Source of the DNA: Carcharhinus amblyrhynchos
Taxonomy: Eukaryota
Assembly (NCBI GenBank): GCA_965287045.1
Contig: OZ336899.1
Span: forward strand, 21,886,001 to 21,950,000
Direction: 5' to 3'
DNA length: 64,000 nt
Below the pieces are notes generated by a model. The model searched no databases, was not told the DNA's origin, and saw nothing but the letters and a program-made list of their open reading frames with translations. Shown in pieces: positions 23,486 through 34,514 of the stretch (its first letter is position 1; every line of letters begins with the position of its first letter). The position numbers and the translations under genes are program-made.

Positions 23486-24551
23486 TTCCATGATTATACA
23501 AAGAGAGATCTTCCTAGCCTCTTAAGGATAAATTCAACATCCCCAGTACTCAAAGAGCAAACAAGCTGGAGGCAAGAAGAAGAACACAGCCAGACTTATT
23601 CTTTGACTTGCGCAACCTCAAAATAAAGCTTCCTGCTGGAATGACTGAATTTACTGTTGGATCTCAGTCCCACCTGGGACAGTGCATCCATTATCTGAGC
23701 ACTGATAATTTAGATGACAGAGAGCATGCACAGGCCATGTGTAGTTCACAGTGAATTATTGGACCTAACTCACTTCTGGTAACACAGTTTATATTCTCAA
23801 TGGGTTGTAAATATTATTTACTCTAGAGCCAGGTTGACATATAGAGTTATAATCCCAGCGCTACCAGGTATTATAAATACATTGAAAAAAAAACCCCAAC
23901 AGCCGGGCTATCATGTTAATGGAAGGTCAGAATCTGTGTCTATTCCTGACAAGTGTATAAGGTTGCCTAGTAACATGTTACACAACATCATAAACACCAC
24001 TGAGAGGCAGCCTCCAGAAGCTGAGCGTCTTGTGCGGCCTTGTGCAATGGATTGGAATAAGTTGAACACTGGATTAGTTCCAAGGGGACGAATGAATGTG
24101 TGCGAGAATGTGTGAAGCACTGTGAAGTGTGAGGATTTGCTTATCACTGTTTAATGTTGGTGTGGCACCTCATTCTCTTTTGCTAAATAAAAGGTCCAGT
24201 TTCATAGCAACACCCAACTCCATCCCTAGTCAAAAATCCCAGCCTTAACCACTCACAACTCGCAACCACCCATTAATGCAAACATTGCTCTCACTGGTTC
24301 TAACAAGCAACATGCCCTCCAACCAACAACCAACACTGGGGAGGCAATGGCCTAGTGGTATCATTGCTGGACTATTAATCCAGTAAGAAGTCTCACTACA
24401 CCAGGTTAAAGTCCAATAGGTTTATTAGGTAGAATGAGGTTTGGGAGCTCACACTCACCTGATGAAGGGGCAGCGCTCCAAAATCTCGTGCTATCTAATA
24501 AACCTACTGGACTTTAACCTGGTGTTGTGAGACTTCTTACTGGATTAATAA

Positions 24552-24676
24552 TCGAGAAGCTCACCGAGTTGTTCCGGTCCTTTTGGAAGCAAGGATCCAT
24601 TCCTCAGGAACTTAAAGATGCTTCCATCGTACACCTCTACAAGAGGAAGGGCAATCGGCAAGTATGCGACAACCAC
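24552..24676 (+). mobile_element. RTE-clade LINE internal fragment
   Basis: IEKLTELFRSFWKQGSIPQELKDASIVHLYKRKGNRQVCDNH, typical of the RTE region preceding RT domain 1; flanked by duplicated CTGGATTAATA. Confidence 0.7.
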
Positions 24677-24736
24677 TGGATTAATAGCCTAGCAATAATA
24701 CCACTAGGCCATGGCCTGGTGTTGTGAGACTTCTTT

Positions 24737-25506
24737 TTTTTCACATGGCGAAAAACTGCAGCATGCGACGGTGCAGAGGGACCTGGGGGTCCTTGTGCAT
24801 GAGTCGCAAAAACCCAGCCTGCAGGTGCAGCAGGTGGTCAGGAAGGCGAATGGGATGCTGGCCTTCATAGCGAGGGGGATTGAATATAAAAGTAGGGAGG
24901 TCTTGCTGCAGCTGTATAGGGCATTGGTGAGGCCGCAGCTGGAGTACTGTGTGCAGTTTTGGTCGCTGCACTCACGCAAGGATATTTTGGCCTTGGAGGG
25001 AGTGCAGAGGAGGTTTACTAGGCTGATACCGGAGTTGAGGGGGTTGAACTATGAGGAGGGGCTGAATAAACTAGGCTTGTACTCGTTAGACTTTAGAAGA
25101 ATGAGGGGAGATCTCATTGAGACATATAAGATGATGAATGGGATGGATTGGATAGAGGTGGAGAGACTCTTCCCGCTCAGAAAGGACAGTAGGACTAGAG
25201 GGCACAGCGTCAAGATAAGGGGGGGGCAGTTTAGAATGGAGTTGAGGAGGAACTTCTTCACTCAAAGGGTGGTGAATCTCTGGAATTCTTTGCTCGTTGA
25301 AGTGGTGGAGGCTGCCTCGCTAAATATATTTAAGACGCGGGTAGATAGGTTTTTGATAGGCAAGGGGATTAAGGGATATGGGGAGAGGGCGGGAATGTGG
25401 AACTGAGCCACGACAGATCAGCCATAATCTTATTGAATGGCGGGGCAGGCTCGAAGGGCTAGATGGCCTACTCCTGCTCCTATTTCTTATGTTCTTATGT
25501 TCTTAC
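24737..25506 (+). mobile_element. Young CR1 LINE, 5'-truncated, uninterrupted ORF2 C-terminus
   Basis: ORF to 25406 (RDLGVLVH...LVRPQLEYCVQFWS...FFTQRVVNLWNSL) without stops, CpG-rich, (TTCTTATG)n tail. Confidence 0.92.
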
Positions 25507-25653
25507 TGTGTCTACCCCAGTCCAAGGCTGGCATCTCCACATCATGGCTATTAATCCAGAAACTCAACTAATGTTCTGGGCATTCAGGTTCAAATCCCGT
25601 CACGGCAGATGGTGAATTTTGAATGCAATAAAAAATATCTGGAACTAAGAATC

Positions 25654-25908
25654 AATTTGATTTATTATTGTCACATGTATTAGTATACAGTTAAAAGTAT
25701 TGTTTCTTGCGCACCATACAAAGCATACCGTTCACAGAGAAGGAAATGAGAGAGTGCAGAATGTAGTGTTACAGTCATGGTTAAGGTGTAGAGAAAGATC
25801 AACTTAGTGCGAGGGAGGTCCATTCAAAAGTCTGATGGCAGCAGGGAAGAAGCTGTTCTTGAGTCAGTTGGTATGTAAGCTCAGACTTTTGTATCTTTTT
25901 CCCGATGA
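25654..25908 (-). mobile_element. Rex1/Babar-like LINE 3' end
   Basis: Same 3' sequence as 19083-19485 (TTTATTATTGTCACATGTATTAGTATACAG...GGGAAGAAGCTGTTCTTGAGTC). Confidence 0.8.
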
Positions 25909-26439
25909 CCTACTGATGACCATAAAACTATCGTCGATTGTCAGAAAATCCCATCTGGTTCACTAATGGCCTTTAGGGAAAGAAATCTGCCGTCCTTACC
26001 TGGTCTGGCCTACATGTACTTCCAGAGCCGCAGCAATGTGGTTGACTCTCAACTGCCCTCCAAGGGCAATGGGAATGGGCATTAAATGCTGACCAGCCTG
26101 CGACGCCCATGTCCCATGAATGAATAAAAAAAGCCTTCACTCTCACCCTCTCTAAATTATCAGCCACCAGTTACCACCAGCTCCATCTTATACAAGATTC
26201 TGAAGGGGTTTGACAAAGGCTTGACACTCAGAAGTTGTTTCCTCTGACTGGGGAATCTAAGACATAGGGTCACAATCTCAGGGTGAGGAGGTAATCATTT
26301 AGAACAAAGGTGATGAGCAGAGATTTCATCACTGGAAGGGTCGAGAATTTTTGGAATTCTTTCGCCCAGAAGATTCTGGATGGTCCATGGTTGAAAATAT
26401 TTAAGAGTGAGATAGGAGATGTTTGGAGTCAAAACCTTA

Positions 26440-26660
26440 TTTATTAAAGCTCATTTATTCATCACAAGTAAAGCTTACATTAACACTGCAATGAAGTAAC
26501 TGTCTGGCATCTGTTCAGGTCAATGCACCTAACCAGTCTTTCAGAATGTGGGAGGAAACCACAGCATCCGGAGGAAACCCATGCAGACATGGGAAGAATA
26601 TGCAAACTCCACGCAGACAGTGACCCAAACCGGGAATCAAACTCGGGTCCCTGGTGCTGT
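26440..26660 (-). mobile_element. HE1-like V-SINE fragment (MER6-like tail)
   Basis: GCTTACATTAACACTGCAATGAAGT and GGGAGGAAACC...TGCAAACTCCAC. Confidence 0.7.
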
Positions 26661-26696
26661 GAATCTAATCACTGCTAGGGAATCAAGGGAAATGGG

Positions 26697-27843
26697 GATC
26701 ATCTCTGTACCAAAGAAAAACCAGGCAGTGTGCCTTAAAGACTACTGCCTGGTGGCTCAGACATCCATCATTATATGAAGTGCTTCAGAAGGTTAGTCAT
26801 GGCACGCATTAACTCTGGTCTCCCAGGTTGTCTGAATCCACTATAGTTCACCTATCACCGCAACAGGTCCACACCAGACTCCATTTCCTTGACCCTACAC
26901 TCAACTCTGGAACACCTGGATAATAAGGACATTTATATCAGACTCCAACTTATTGGTTACAGCTCATTATCCCAAAAAGACTCATCTCCAAACTCTGTGG
27001 ACTGGGGTTCAACTCCTCCCTCCGTGGCTGGATCCTCGACTTTCTAACCCTCGGACTGCAATCAGAACAGATAGGCAATGACATATCCTCCACGATGATC
27101 CTCAACACCAGTGCCCTGCTAGGCTGTGTCCTCAGCGCCTTACTAAATACTCTTTATACATTTATGACAATGAGACCAAATTCTGCTCCAACTCCATTTT
27201 CAAGTTTGCTGATGAGACTACTATTGTGGGTTGGATCTCAAACAATGATGAGACGGAGTGCCAGAAAGAGATTGAGAATCTGGTAAATTGGTGCAACGAT
27301 AATAATCTCTCCCTCAATATTGGTAAAATAGAGGAGTTAGTCATTGATTTCAGGGAGCGTAAAGGAGAACATGCCCCTGTCTACGTCAAGGGTGATAAAG
27401 TAGAAAGTGTCAAGAGCTTCAAGTTTCTAGGTGTCCAGATCACCAACAATCTGTCCTGGTCCCTCCATGTTTTGGTTAAGAAAGCTCACCAATGCCTCTA
27501 TTTTCTAAGAAGGTTAAGGAAATTCAACATGCCCACTACGACTCTTAACAGTCTTTACAGATGCACCACAGAAAGCTCATTTCTAGAAGTATCACAGCTT
27601 GACATGGCTCCTGCTCTGACCAAGTCAGCAAGAAGCATAGCCCAGCCCATCAGGCAAACCAGCCTCCCATCTGTCTGCACTTCCTGCTACCTTGGAAAAA
27701 TAGCCAGCATAATCAAGGTCCCCACATACCCTCTCTTCCATCTTCTACTGTCAAGAAAAAGATACAAATGTCTGAAAACAAGTACCAACCAATGCAAGGA
27801 CAGCTTCTTCCCTGCTGCCATCAGACTTTTGAAAGTGCCTCTT
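26697..27843 (+). mobile_element. Rex1/Babar-like LINE, degenerate reverse transcriptase
   Basis: IISVPKK...DY; GCVLS; KFADET; NNLSLNIGKIEELVIDFR; SFKFLGVQITNNLSW; KKAHQCLYFLRRLRKF; SFFPAAIRLL, with frameshifts. Confidence 0.88.
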
Positions 27844-27854
27844 ATCAAAGCTCA

Positions 27855-28121
27855 CCTGCAGCCATTTCCCCGGAGCCCTACATGTTTATCATGGCTAATT
27901 CCCCTAACCTATACACCTTTGAACACTAAGGGGCAAATTAGCATGGTCAATCCCACCTAACCTGCATATCTTTAGACTGTGGGAGGAAACCATAGCACCC
28001 AGAGGAAACCCATGCAGACATGGGGAGAAAGTGCAAACTCCACACAGCCATTCACTCAAGGCCAGAATTGAACCCAGGTCCCTGGCACTGTGAGGCAGCA
28101 GTGCTTGCCACTGTGCTGCCC
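27855..28121 (-). mobile_element. HE1-like V-SINE
   Basis: Reverse-complement head GCCACTGTGCTGCCC and V-domain. Confidence 0.8.
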
Positions 28122-28968
28122 CTTGGAATAAAGAGAGAAAGCAAGGAGAGAGAGAGAGTATGGAGCCCGGGGAGAGGGAGCGAGGCGCGGCCTGAGAGCA
28201 GCGGTCTGCCGGCTGCAGAGCCAGAAAGAGCCCCGGCAGCCTCTCCCCCACCGCCCTGCTGTGTGTCTGCAGCTTCTTCTCCAACATCCGGCCATCGGAA
28301 CCTTTCCTCACCCCTTACCTGCTGGGACCGGATAAGAACCTGACTGAGCAGCAGTGTTTCTCTTGCCCGGCACATTGTGAAATTGTGAAATTCAAGAAAC
28401 TTGAAAACCTGCATTTTAAAAGTGAAGATGGACAGTGACAGTGCCTCTGATAAATTGATGCAGCTCTCCACCTTAGTGAAGATGCTGCTCACTTAGAAAT
28501 TATATTGAATAGAAAACCATCTTGAATGTATGATTCTATGATTCTCCAAACTCTGTGTTCTTGTTTCCTAACCACTCATCTTAGCCCCATATAACATGAC
28601 CAGCAACGCTAGCAGTACAACTAGTGACCTTACTGACTTTAGCTAGCAACACTCACCTGCTGAATCAAACCAACAATCTCTGAATAGCAAGCTCCAGCCC
28701 CCTTATGTGTTTGGCCAGTTACGCAGTCTTACAAACTCCAACCCTCCTCTATCGCCAATTTCAACTGACAACCCCACTATCTCTTACCCTGACAATTAGC
28801 TTTAACCCAATCCCAGTCCTGACTAAATCTCATCAACAACTGCAGTGTCCAGCAATTCTAGTGATAGCCCAAACCAACTCTCACCACCTAAGCTAATTGC
28901 CATACGTGGCCACCATTACATTAACCATCAGGATTTTTCTGAATCTTTCACTGGCTTCCTTAAAGAAA

Positions 28969-29272
28969 GTAAGAAGTCTCACAACACCAGCTTAAAGTAC
29001 AACAGGTTTATTTTGTAGCAAACGCCACTAGCTTTCGGAGCGCCACTCCTTCGTCAGGTGAGTGGGATTTCTGTTCACAAACAGGGCAGATAAAGACACA
29101 AACTCAATTTACAGAATAATGATTGGAATGCGAATCTTTACAGTTAATCAAGTCTTGAAGGTACAGGCAATGTGAGCGGATAGAGCATTAAGCACAAGTT
29201 AAAGAGATGTGTATTGACTCCAGACAGGACGGTTAACGAGATTTTGCAAGTCCAGGCAAGTCATGGGAGTTA
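28969..29272 (-). mobile_element. Penelope-like element terminal repeat fragment
   Basis: GTAAGAAGTCTCACAACACCAG...; flanked by CTTAAAGAAAGT / CTTCAAGAAAGT; contains a hammerhead core. Confidence 0.7.
29025..29061 (-). ncRNA. Minimal type I hammerhead ribozyme motif (Penelope-associated)
   Basis: Minus strand UCAC-CUGACGA-A-GGAG-UGGCG-CUCC-GAAAGCUA-GUGG: intact CUGANGA and GAAA boxes, stem II GGAG/CUCC, stem I UCAC/GUGG, palindromic AGCU. Confidence 0.65.
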
Positions 29273-29744
29273 CTTCAAGAAAGTCATATCTACTGAGGTC
29301 AGTGGCTATCCCGGAATCACTGGAGTGTTCCATGGGACACTGTTACCTCACCAATTCGCTCCATCTAGGGCCATCAGTTTAATAGTTAACCTGCCAAACA
29401 GCAGCTAGCTAAATATAATTCTTTGACAGAGCTCCTCTCACAGTTTAATGTGAGGCAGTAAAAGGGACTCCGTCAGTGCGACGGGACAAGGGAGCGATTA
29501 TGTTTCTTAACTGCGGCTGTGAGTGCTGCAAACTGGGGGTCAGCCAGATTCAGACTATTGCAGCATCATTTGCCAAGTGGAGACAAAACCCTCAGGACTG
29601 GTCAAAGCAAATTCATCCATTGGATTCAGTGTTCCAGGAAGGCCAACTCCCACTATCAGCAATGGCGGAACACTTCAATGCCCTTGTGTGTGCACCAGCT
29701 AAATAGTCTGTGTATGTGAGTAGGAGCACATCAATCTGTGGATG

Positions 29745-30612
29745 TGATTTGATTTGATTTATTGTTGTCACATTTATTGGGATATGGTGAAAAGTATTGT
29801 TTCTTGCGTGCTACACAGACAAAGCATACTATTCATGGAGTACTTCGGGAGAAGGAAAGGAGAGGGTGCAGAAAATAGTGTTACCATCATAGCTAGGGTG
29901 TAGAGACAGAGCAGTTTACTGCAATGGACTTTAGGTCCATTCTAAAGTCTGATGGGAGCAGGGAAGAAGCTGTTCTTCAGTTGGTTGCTCCTGTATCTAT
30001 TCCCCGATGGAAGAAGGTGGAAGAGGGCGTGTCCAGCATGCGTGGGGTCCTTGATTATGCTGGGTACTTTTCCAAGACAGCAGGATGTGTAAACAGAGTC
30101 AATGGATAGGAGGCTGGTTTGCGTGATGGACTGGATCACAATCACAGCCCTTTGTAGTTTCTTGCAGTCTTGGTCAGAACAGGAGCCATACCAAGCTGTG
30201 ATACAACCAGAAAGGATGCTTTCTATGGTGCATCTGTAAACATTGGTGAGAATCATAGCGGACGTGCCAAATTTCCTTAGCTTCCTGAAAAAATAGAGGC
30301 ATTGGTGGGCTTTCTTAACTATAACGTCGCCACAGAGGGACCAGGACAGATTGTTGTGATATGGACACCTAGAAACTTGAAGCTCTTGGCCCTTTCCACT
30401 TCATCCCCGTTGATATAGACAGGGGCTCATCCCCCACGACGCTTCCTGAAGTTGATTATCATTCGTTTTACTGACACTGAGGGAGAGATTACTGTCACTG
30501 CATCATTTCACCAGATTCTCCACCTCTTTCCTGTACTCTGTCTCATCATTGTTTGAGATCTGACCCACTATGGTGGTGCCGTCAGCAAACCTGAAAATGG
30601 AGCTGGAGACAT
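29745..30612 (-). mobile_element. Rex1/Babar-like LINE 3' fragment
   Basis: LTNVYRCTIESILSGCITAWYG...LKNSFFPAPIRL; TTTGATTTGATTT tail. Confidence 0.88.
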
Positions 30613-31189
30613 GAATGGTCTAGCTTTTCCAATCCCATTGAAGTTCAGACCCAAGCAAAGAAAATGTGCCAATAGGTCACTAGTTCAACTCGAATATGTT
30701 GTCCAATTTTGAGTGCCACATTTGAGAAAGAATGTCAAGGCCATGGAGGGGGTGCTGAGGGAGATTTATTGAATGATGCCAAGGATGTGTAGCGACTAGG
30801 AGGATTTTCACAGTAACTTCATTGCAGTGTTAATGTAAGCCTACTTGTGACATTAATAAATAAACTTAAACTTAAAGTTGCACAAACAGCAATGAGGTAT
30901 TGACCAGGTAATCAACAGTCATAGAAAAGCAAATGCTGCAAATATGTAATAGAAACAGAAAATGCTGGAAATACTCAGTAGGCCACGCAGAATCTTTGGA
31001 GAGAAACAGAGTGCTGCATGATTAAAGTGCAAAGCTGACCGGAATGTAACATGTCAATTGCACTGAATCTCTGTGGTTAAGATATTCACACAATAACAAC
31101 TTGTGCTTCCATACCCAGCTCTAAAGTCACAAACTTATCGCCCTGCCATCACTGGTCCTTCTCCAAATAATGTTAAAGGTGCTGGACTT

Positions 31190-31378
31190 GACTCTTACCT
31201 CCAGGTCAGAAGGTTTTGGGTTCAAACCTCCACTCTGAGAAACTTGAATACATACTCCATGCTGACGCTCCAGTGCAGTACTGAAGGAGTTCTGTACGGT
31301 CAGGTGTGTTATCTTTTGAATGAGTTATCAAACTGTAGCATCTTCTACCCTCTCGGGCAGACGTAAAACGCCCCAGAG
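31190..31378 (+). mobile_element. Deu-domain SINE (SacSINE1/AmnSINE-like), degraded
   Basis: B-box GGGTTCAAACC followed by GCTGACGCTCCAGTGCAGTACTGAAGGAG...TCTTTTGAATGAG, matching the Deu core. Confidence 0.6.
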
Positions 31379-31789
31379 TTGAAATGTCTAATTCTAGGCG
31401 GCATGTCCCCCTCCTCCCCACCCCCAATCATCCCTCCACCCTCTCACAATCCCCATCATTGGCACAACTCTGAAAAAGTTCACGGAATCCTGGAACCAGA
31501 ATGACTGGAGATCAAACGCGTTCTGATGGAAGATCTTCGACCTGAAACATTAACTCTGTTTCTCTCTCCATCAATGCCGCCTGACCTACGGGTATTTCCA
31601 GCATTTTATTTCATATTTAGAGCGCCTGCTGTATCAATGCAAGTTCCTCTCACTAACTCCTCTCTTCCCTTGGTGGTCACAACACATTTCCACAGCCCTT
31701 CGCCTCCTCACTTCCTACACAGCCCTGTTTTGGCCACCTTGCTTCTTCACCGCACCCCCCCCCCCCTCCCCCACATCCTCCTTGATTCA

Positions 31790-32402
31790 GTCATAGAACA
31801 TAGAACAGTATAGCACAGAACAGGCCCTTTCGCCCACAATGTTTTGGTGAACACGACGCCAAATAAAATTATTCCCTTCTGCCTGCCTCTATTCCTTGCA
31901 TATTCATGTGCTTATCTAAAAACCCCTTAAACACCCTTATCATTTCTGCCTCCAACATCACACCTGGCAGGGTGTTCCAGTCATCTACCACTCTCCGTGT
32001 AAAAAACTTGCCCCTCACATCTCCTTTGAACTTTTCCTCCTTACTTTAAGTGCATGCCCCCTAGAATTAGACATTTCAACTCTGGGAAAAAGATTCTTAC
32101 CGTCAACCCTAGCTATACCTCTCATAATTTTATAGACTTCTGTCAGGTCTCCCCTGAGCCAGTGCCGCTCCAGAGACAACAACACTGCTGTGCTCACCCT
32201 CTCCTTATAGCTCACACCCTCTAATCCCGGTAAACCTCTTCTGCACCCTCTCCAAAGCCTTCGCATCCTTCCTGTAATATGGCGACCAGAATTAAACGCA
32301 ATACTCTAAGTAAGGCCTAACCAAAGTTTTGTAAAGCTACGACATGACATCATGGCTCTTGTACTCAACGCCCTGACCAATAAAGGGAAGCATGTCATAC
32401 GC
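31790..32402 (-). mobile_element. CR1 LINE 3' fragment
   Basis: LRGDLTEVYKIMRGIARVD; CATAGAACATAGAAC tail. Confidence 0.85.
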
Positions 32403-32649
32403 CTAGTCCTTTTGAGTCCCATCGCCAACATTTTCATTTCTGAAAATCCGCCCCCCCCCACTCCTTTCAACCCCTCACTCTCTCACAATCCCCATCACTG
32501 ACAGCAACCTAGCATCACTTCCCTCATCAATCACCTCATTAGTCTTCCACACACCCTCGCTGTGGATCGCTTTGCTCCTGTTTATCCACATACCAGGTGC
32601 TTATTCCCCAGTTAGGATACCAAATGACTTAAACAGACGATAAATGAAG

Positions 32650-33303
32650 TGTGGGGCCCTCCAGTCCCGCCCATACCCAGAAGCATTTTGGTACCACTCA
32701 CCCAATGAGAAACATTTCAGATTTTGCAGAATGCCAACTCCCTCACCCCAATGAACCACATCCCAGGTGCTATTATATAGCAGGACCCTCTATGGGAAAG
32801 GAGCCTAAGCTCACCAGGGGTAGGACAGGGAACCAAGGAAATTAGCACATCAGCAGCAGTACCTTGCATCATAGACTGGCTATCTCTGCATACACATGAA
32901 ATGGACAGCGCAAACAAAGGTGGATATGTCACTATATCTATCAATAGGGCACAGCTGAATGTACTTGCTAACAGCATCAAAACTGTAATAAAGACATGAT
33001 TAAATAACCATTGTCTGAACAGACATTCCCTCTGTCTACTGCTAAAGTTTATGACATTACCGATGGAATGTGATTAAACAGCTATTGTCTCGTGTTTATC
33101 TCTTTGTATCATATGCAATTATCTTTAATAGAAGATGTAAGCAACACACTATAAAAAAAAACTAACTGCACACAATTGAGCAGAGAGGGCTGGAGAAGTC
33201 TTAGAAATGCTCCAGTTCTCTGCTCCTTACCGATAAGAAGGCAATAAAGGTTACATCAATCGCAAATGCAGTGTCTGAATACCTTTTGAGCACCGCCACC
33301 TCA
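32650..33303 (+). mobile_element. Possible solo LTR
   Basis: TG start, TATAAAA at about 33150, AATAAA at 33244, CA end; no TSD found. Confidence 0.3.
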
Positions 33304-33945
33304 ACTCTGGCATCTTTGCCACTAAATAGGTTTCACCTTCACCACCTTGCTACTCCCTCGCACTTTCCCCTGCTCCTTAGACCCCCTAACCCACAACTGG
33401 AGGTATATAAAAGAACATCAATCGCTGGAGCATCTTACAGAAAGTTTAGGCATTATCTTGTTTTGAACCATGGACCCTCCCCTGGCTGCTCTGATCCTGT
33501 GACAAATTCTCACTGCCATTCTGCTGGAATTCAGCCTCTGAGACTGTCAGAAGTGAAGTGATGGCCATGAACAAGCTTTTGGACCATGTGTTCTTCAATG
33601 ATTCCAGGTGTAGGTTGTTACAGCTGACTGCAGGACCAAGTTTCCTGTCATGAAGCACAGGGTGAAGTTCAGGTTGGGGGCACTTTGACAGAAATGGTGT
33701 GCCAGTGATCCTATACTTCCCCTCTGAAGGTCTTGTTACAAAGTGTTTGCTCCTATTAGTAGGTGACAGGCAACAATGTGTAGACTGAACAATAAAAAAA
33801 TGTTATTCTCTTGAGGGTCAGTAGCTTTATCCAGATACTATGAAAACAAAGAAGGTGCAGATTTGTTCCACTCTATCTGTTTATATAAGGAAGTCTTCTA
33901 GCTGAAGCTCTGGGTTCAGGTCCCACATTGTCCCAACGTCCCAGC

Positions 33946-34186
33946 ATTGCCTACCTGATAAGCTGCAGGAAAGGATGTCCCAAGGCATGGTACACTGGTG
34001 AGACCATGCAGACGCTATGACAACGGATGAATGAGCACCGCTCGACAATCACCAGGCAAGATTGTTCCCTTCCTGTTGGCGAACACTTCAGCGGTCACGG
34101 GCATTTGGCCTCTGATTTTCGGGTAAACATTCCCCAAGATGGCCTTCACGACATACAACAGCGCAGAGTTACTGAGCAGAAACTGA
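33946..34186 (+). mobile_element. Penelope-like element GIY-YIG endonuclease fragment (pseudogenised)
   Basis: IAYLISCRKGCPKAWYTGETMQTL*QRMNEHRSTI...PVGEHFSGHGH, the PLE GIY-YIG signature with an in-frame stop. Confidence 0.8.
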
Positions 34187-34514
34187 GCAGCCGGAGGAAA
34201 CCCACGCAGGCACAGGGAGAACGTTCCATATCAATCTGAAACTCTCACATGGTGCATGGCCACTGGGGGTGGGGACACAGAACCAACAACCAGTTCCACA
34301 ACACAGAAAGGAGGTCATTCGGCCCATCGTGCCCCTGCTGGCACTTTGAAAGAGCTGTTCCAATTCATCCCACTCTCCTGCTCTTTCCCCATTGAGAAAA
34401 ACAAGAAATGTTGGAAACAGCAGTGATTTTTTTATTAATACACCACTCGGTGGGATCTGATATTGAAACAACTCGATGATACCACCTGGTGTTGAAACCA
34501 TATTACAGGCTGTC

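Larger units (their letters stand above)
24384..25547 (+). mobile_element. Penelope-like element insertion (inverted terminal repeat, decayed hammerhead motif) with nested pieces
   Basis: 12-bp TSD CTATTAATCCAG (24372-24383, 25548-25559); begins GTAAGAAGTCTCAC, ends GGCATCTCCACATCATGG; CTGATGAAGGGGCAGCGCTCCAAAA at about 24460. Confidence 0.7.
24338..26130 (+). mobile_element. tRNA-derived SINE (second family) hosting several nested insertions
   Basis: Head GGGGAGGCAATGGCCTAGTGG at 24338, resumes at 25548 and again near 25909, ends ATGAATGAATAAAAAAA. Confidence 0.8.

Noticed and set aside
24711-25406. 231-aa ORF as a host gene
   Set aside because: CR1 ORF2 C-terminus with a LINE tail, 5'-truncated.
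27226-27960. 244-aa ORF as a host gene
   Set aside because: Degenerate Rex1/Babar reverse transcriptase reading into a SINE.
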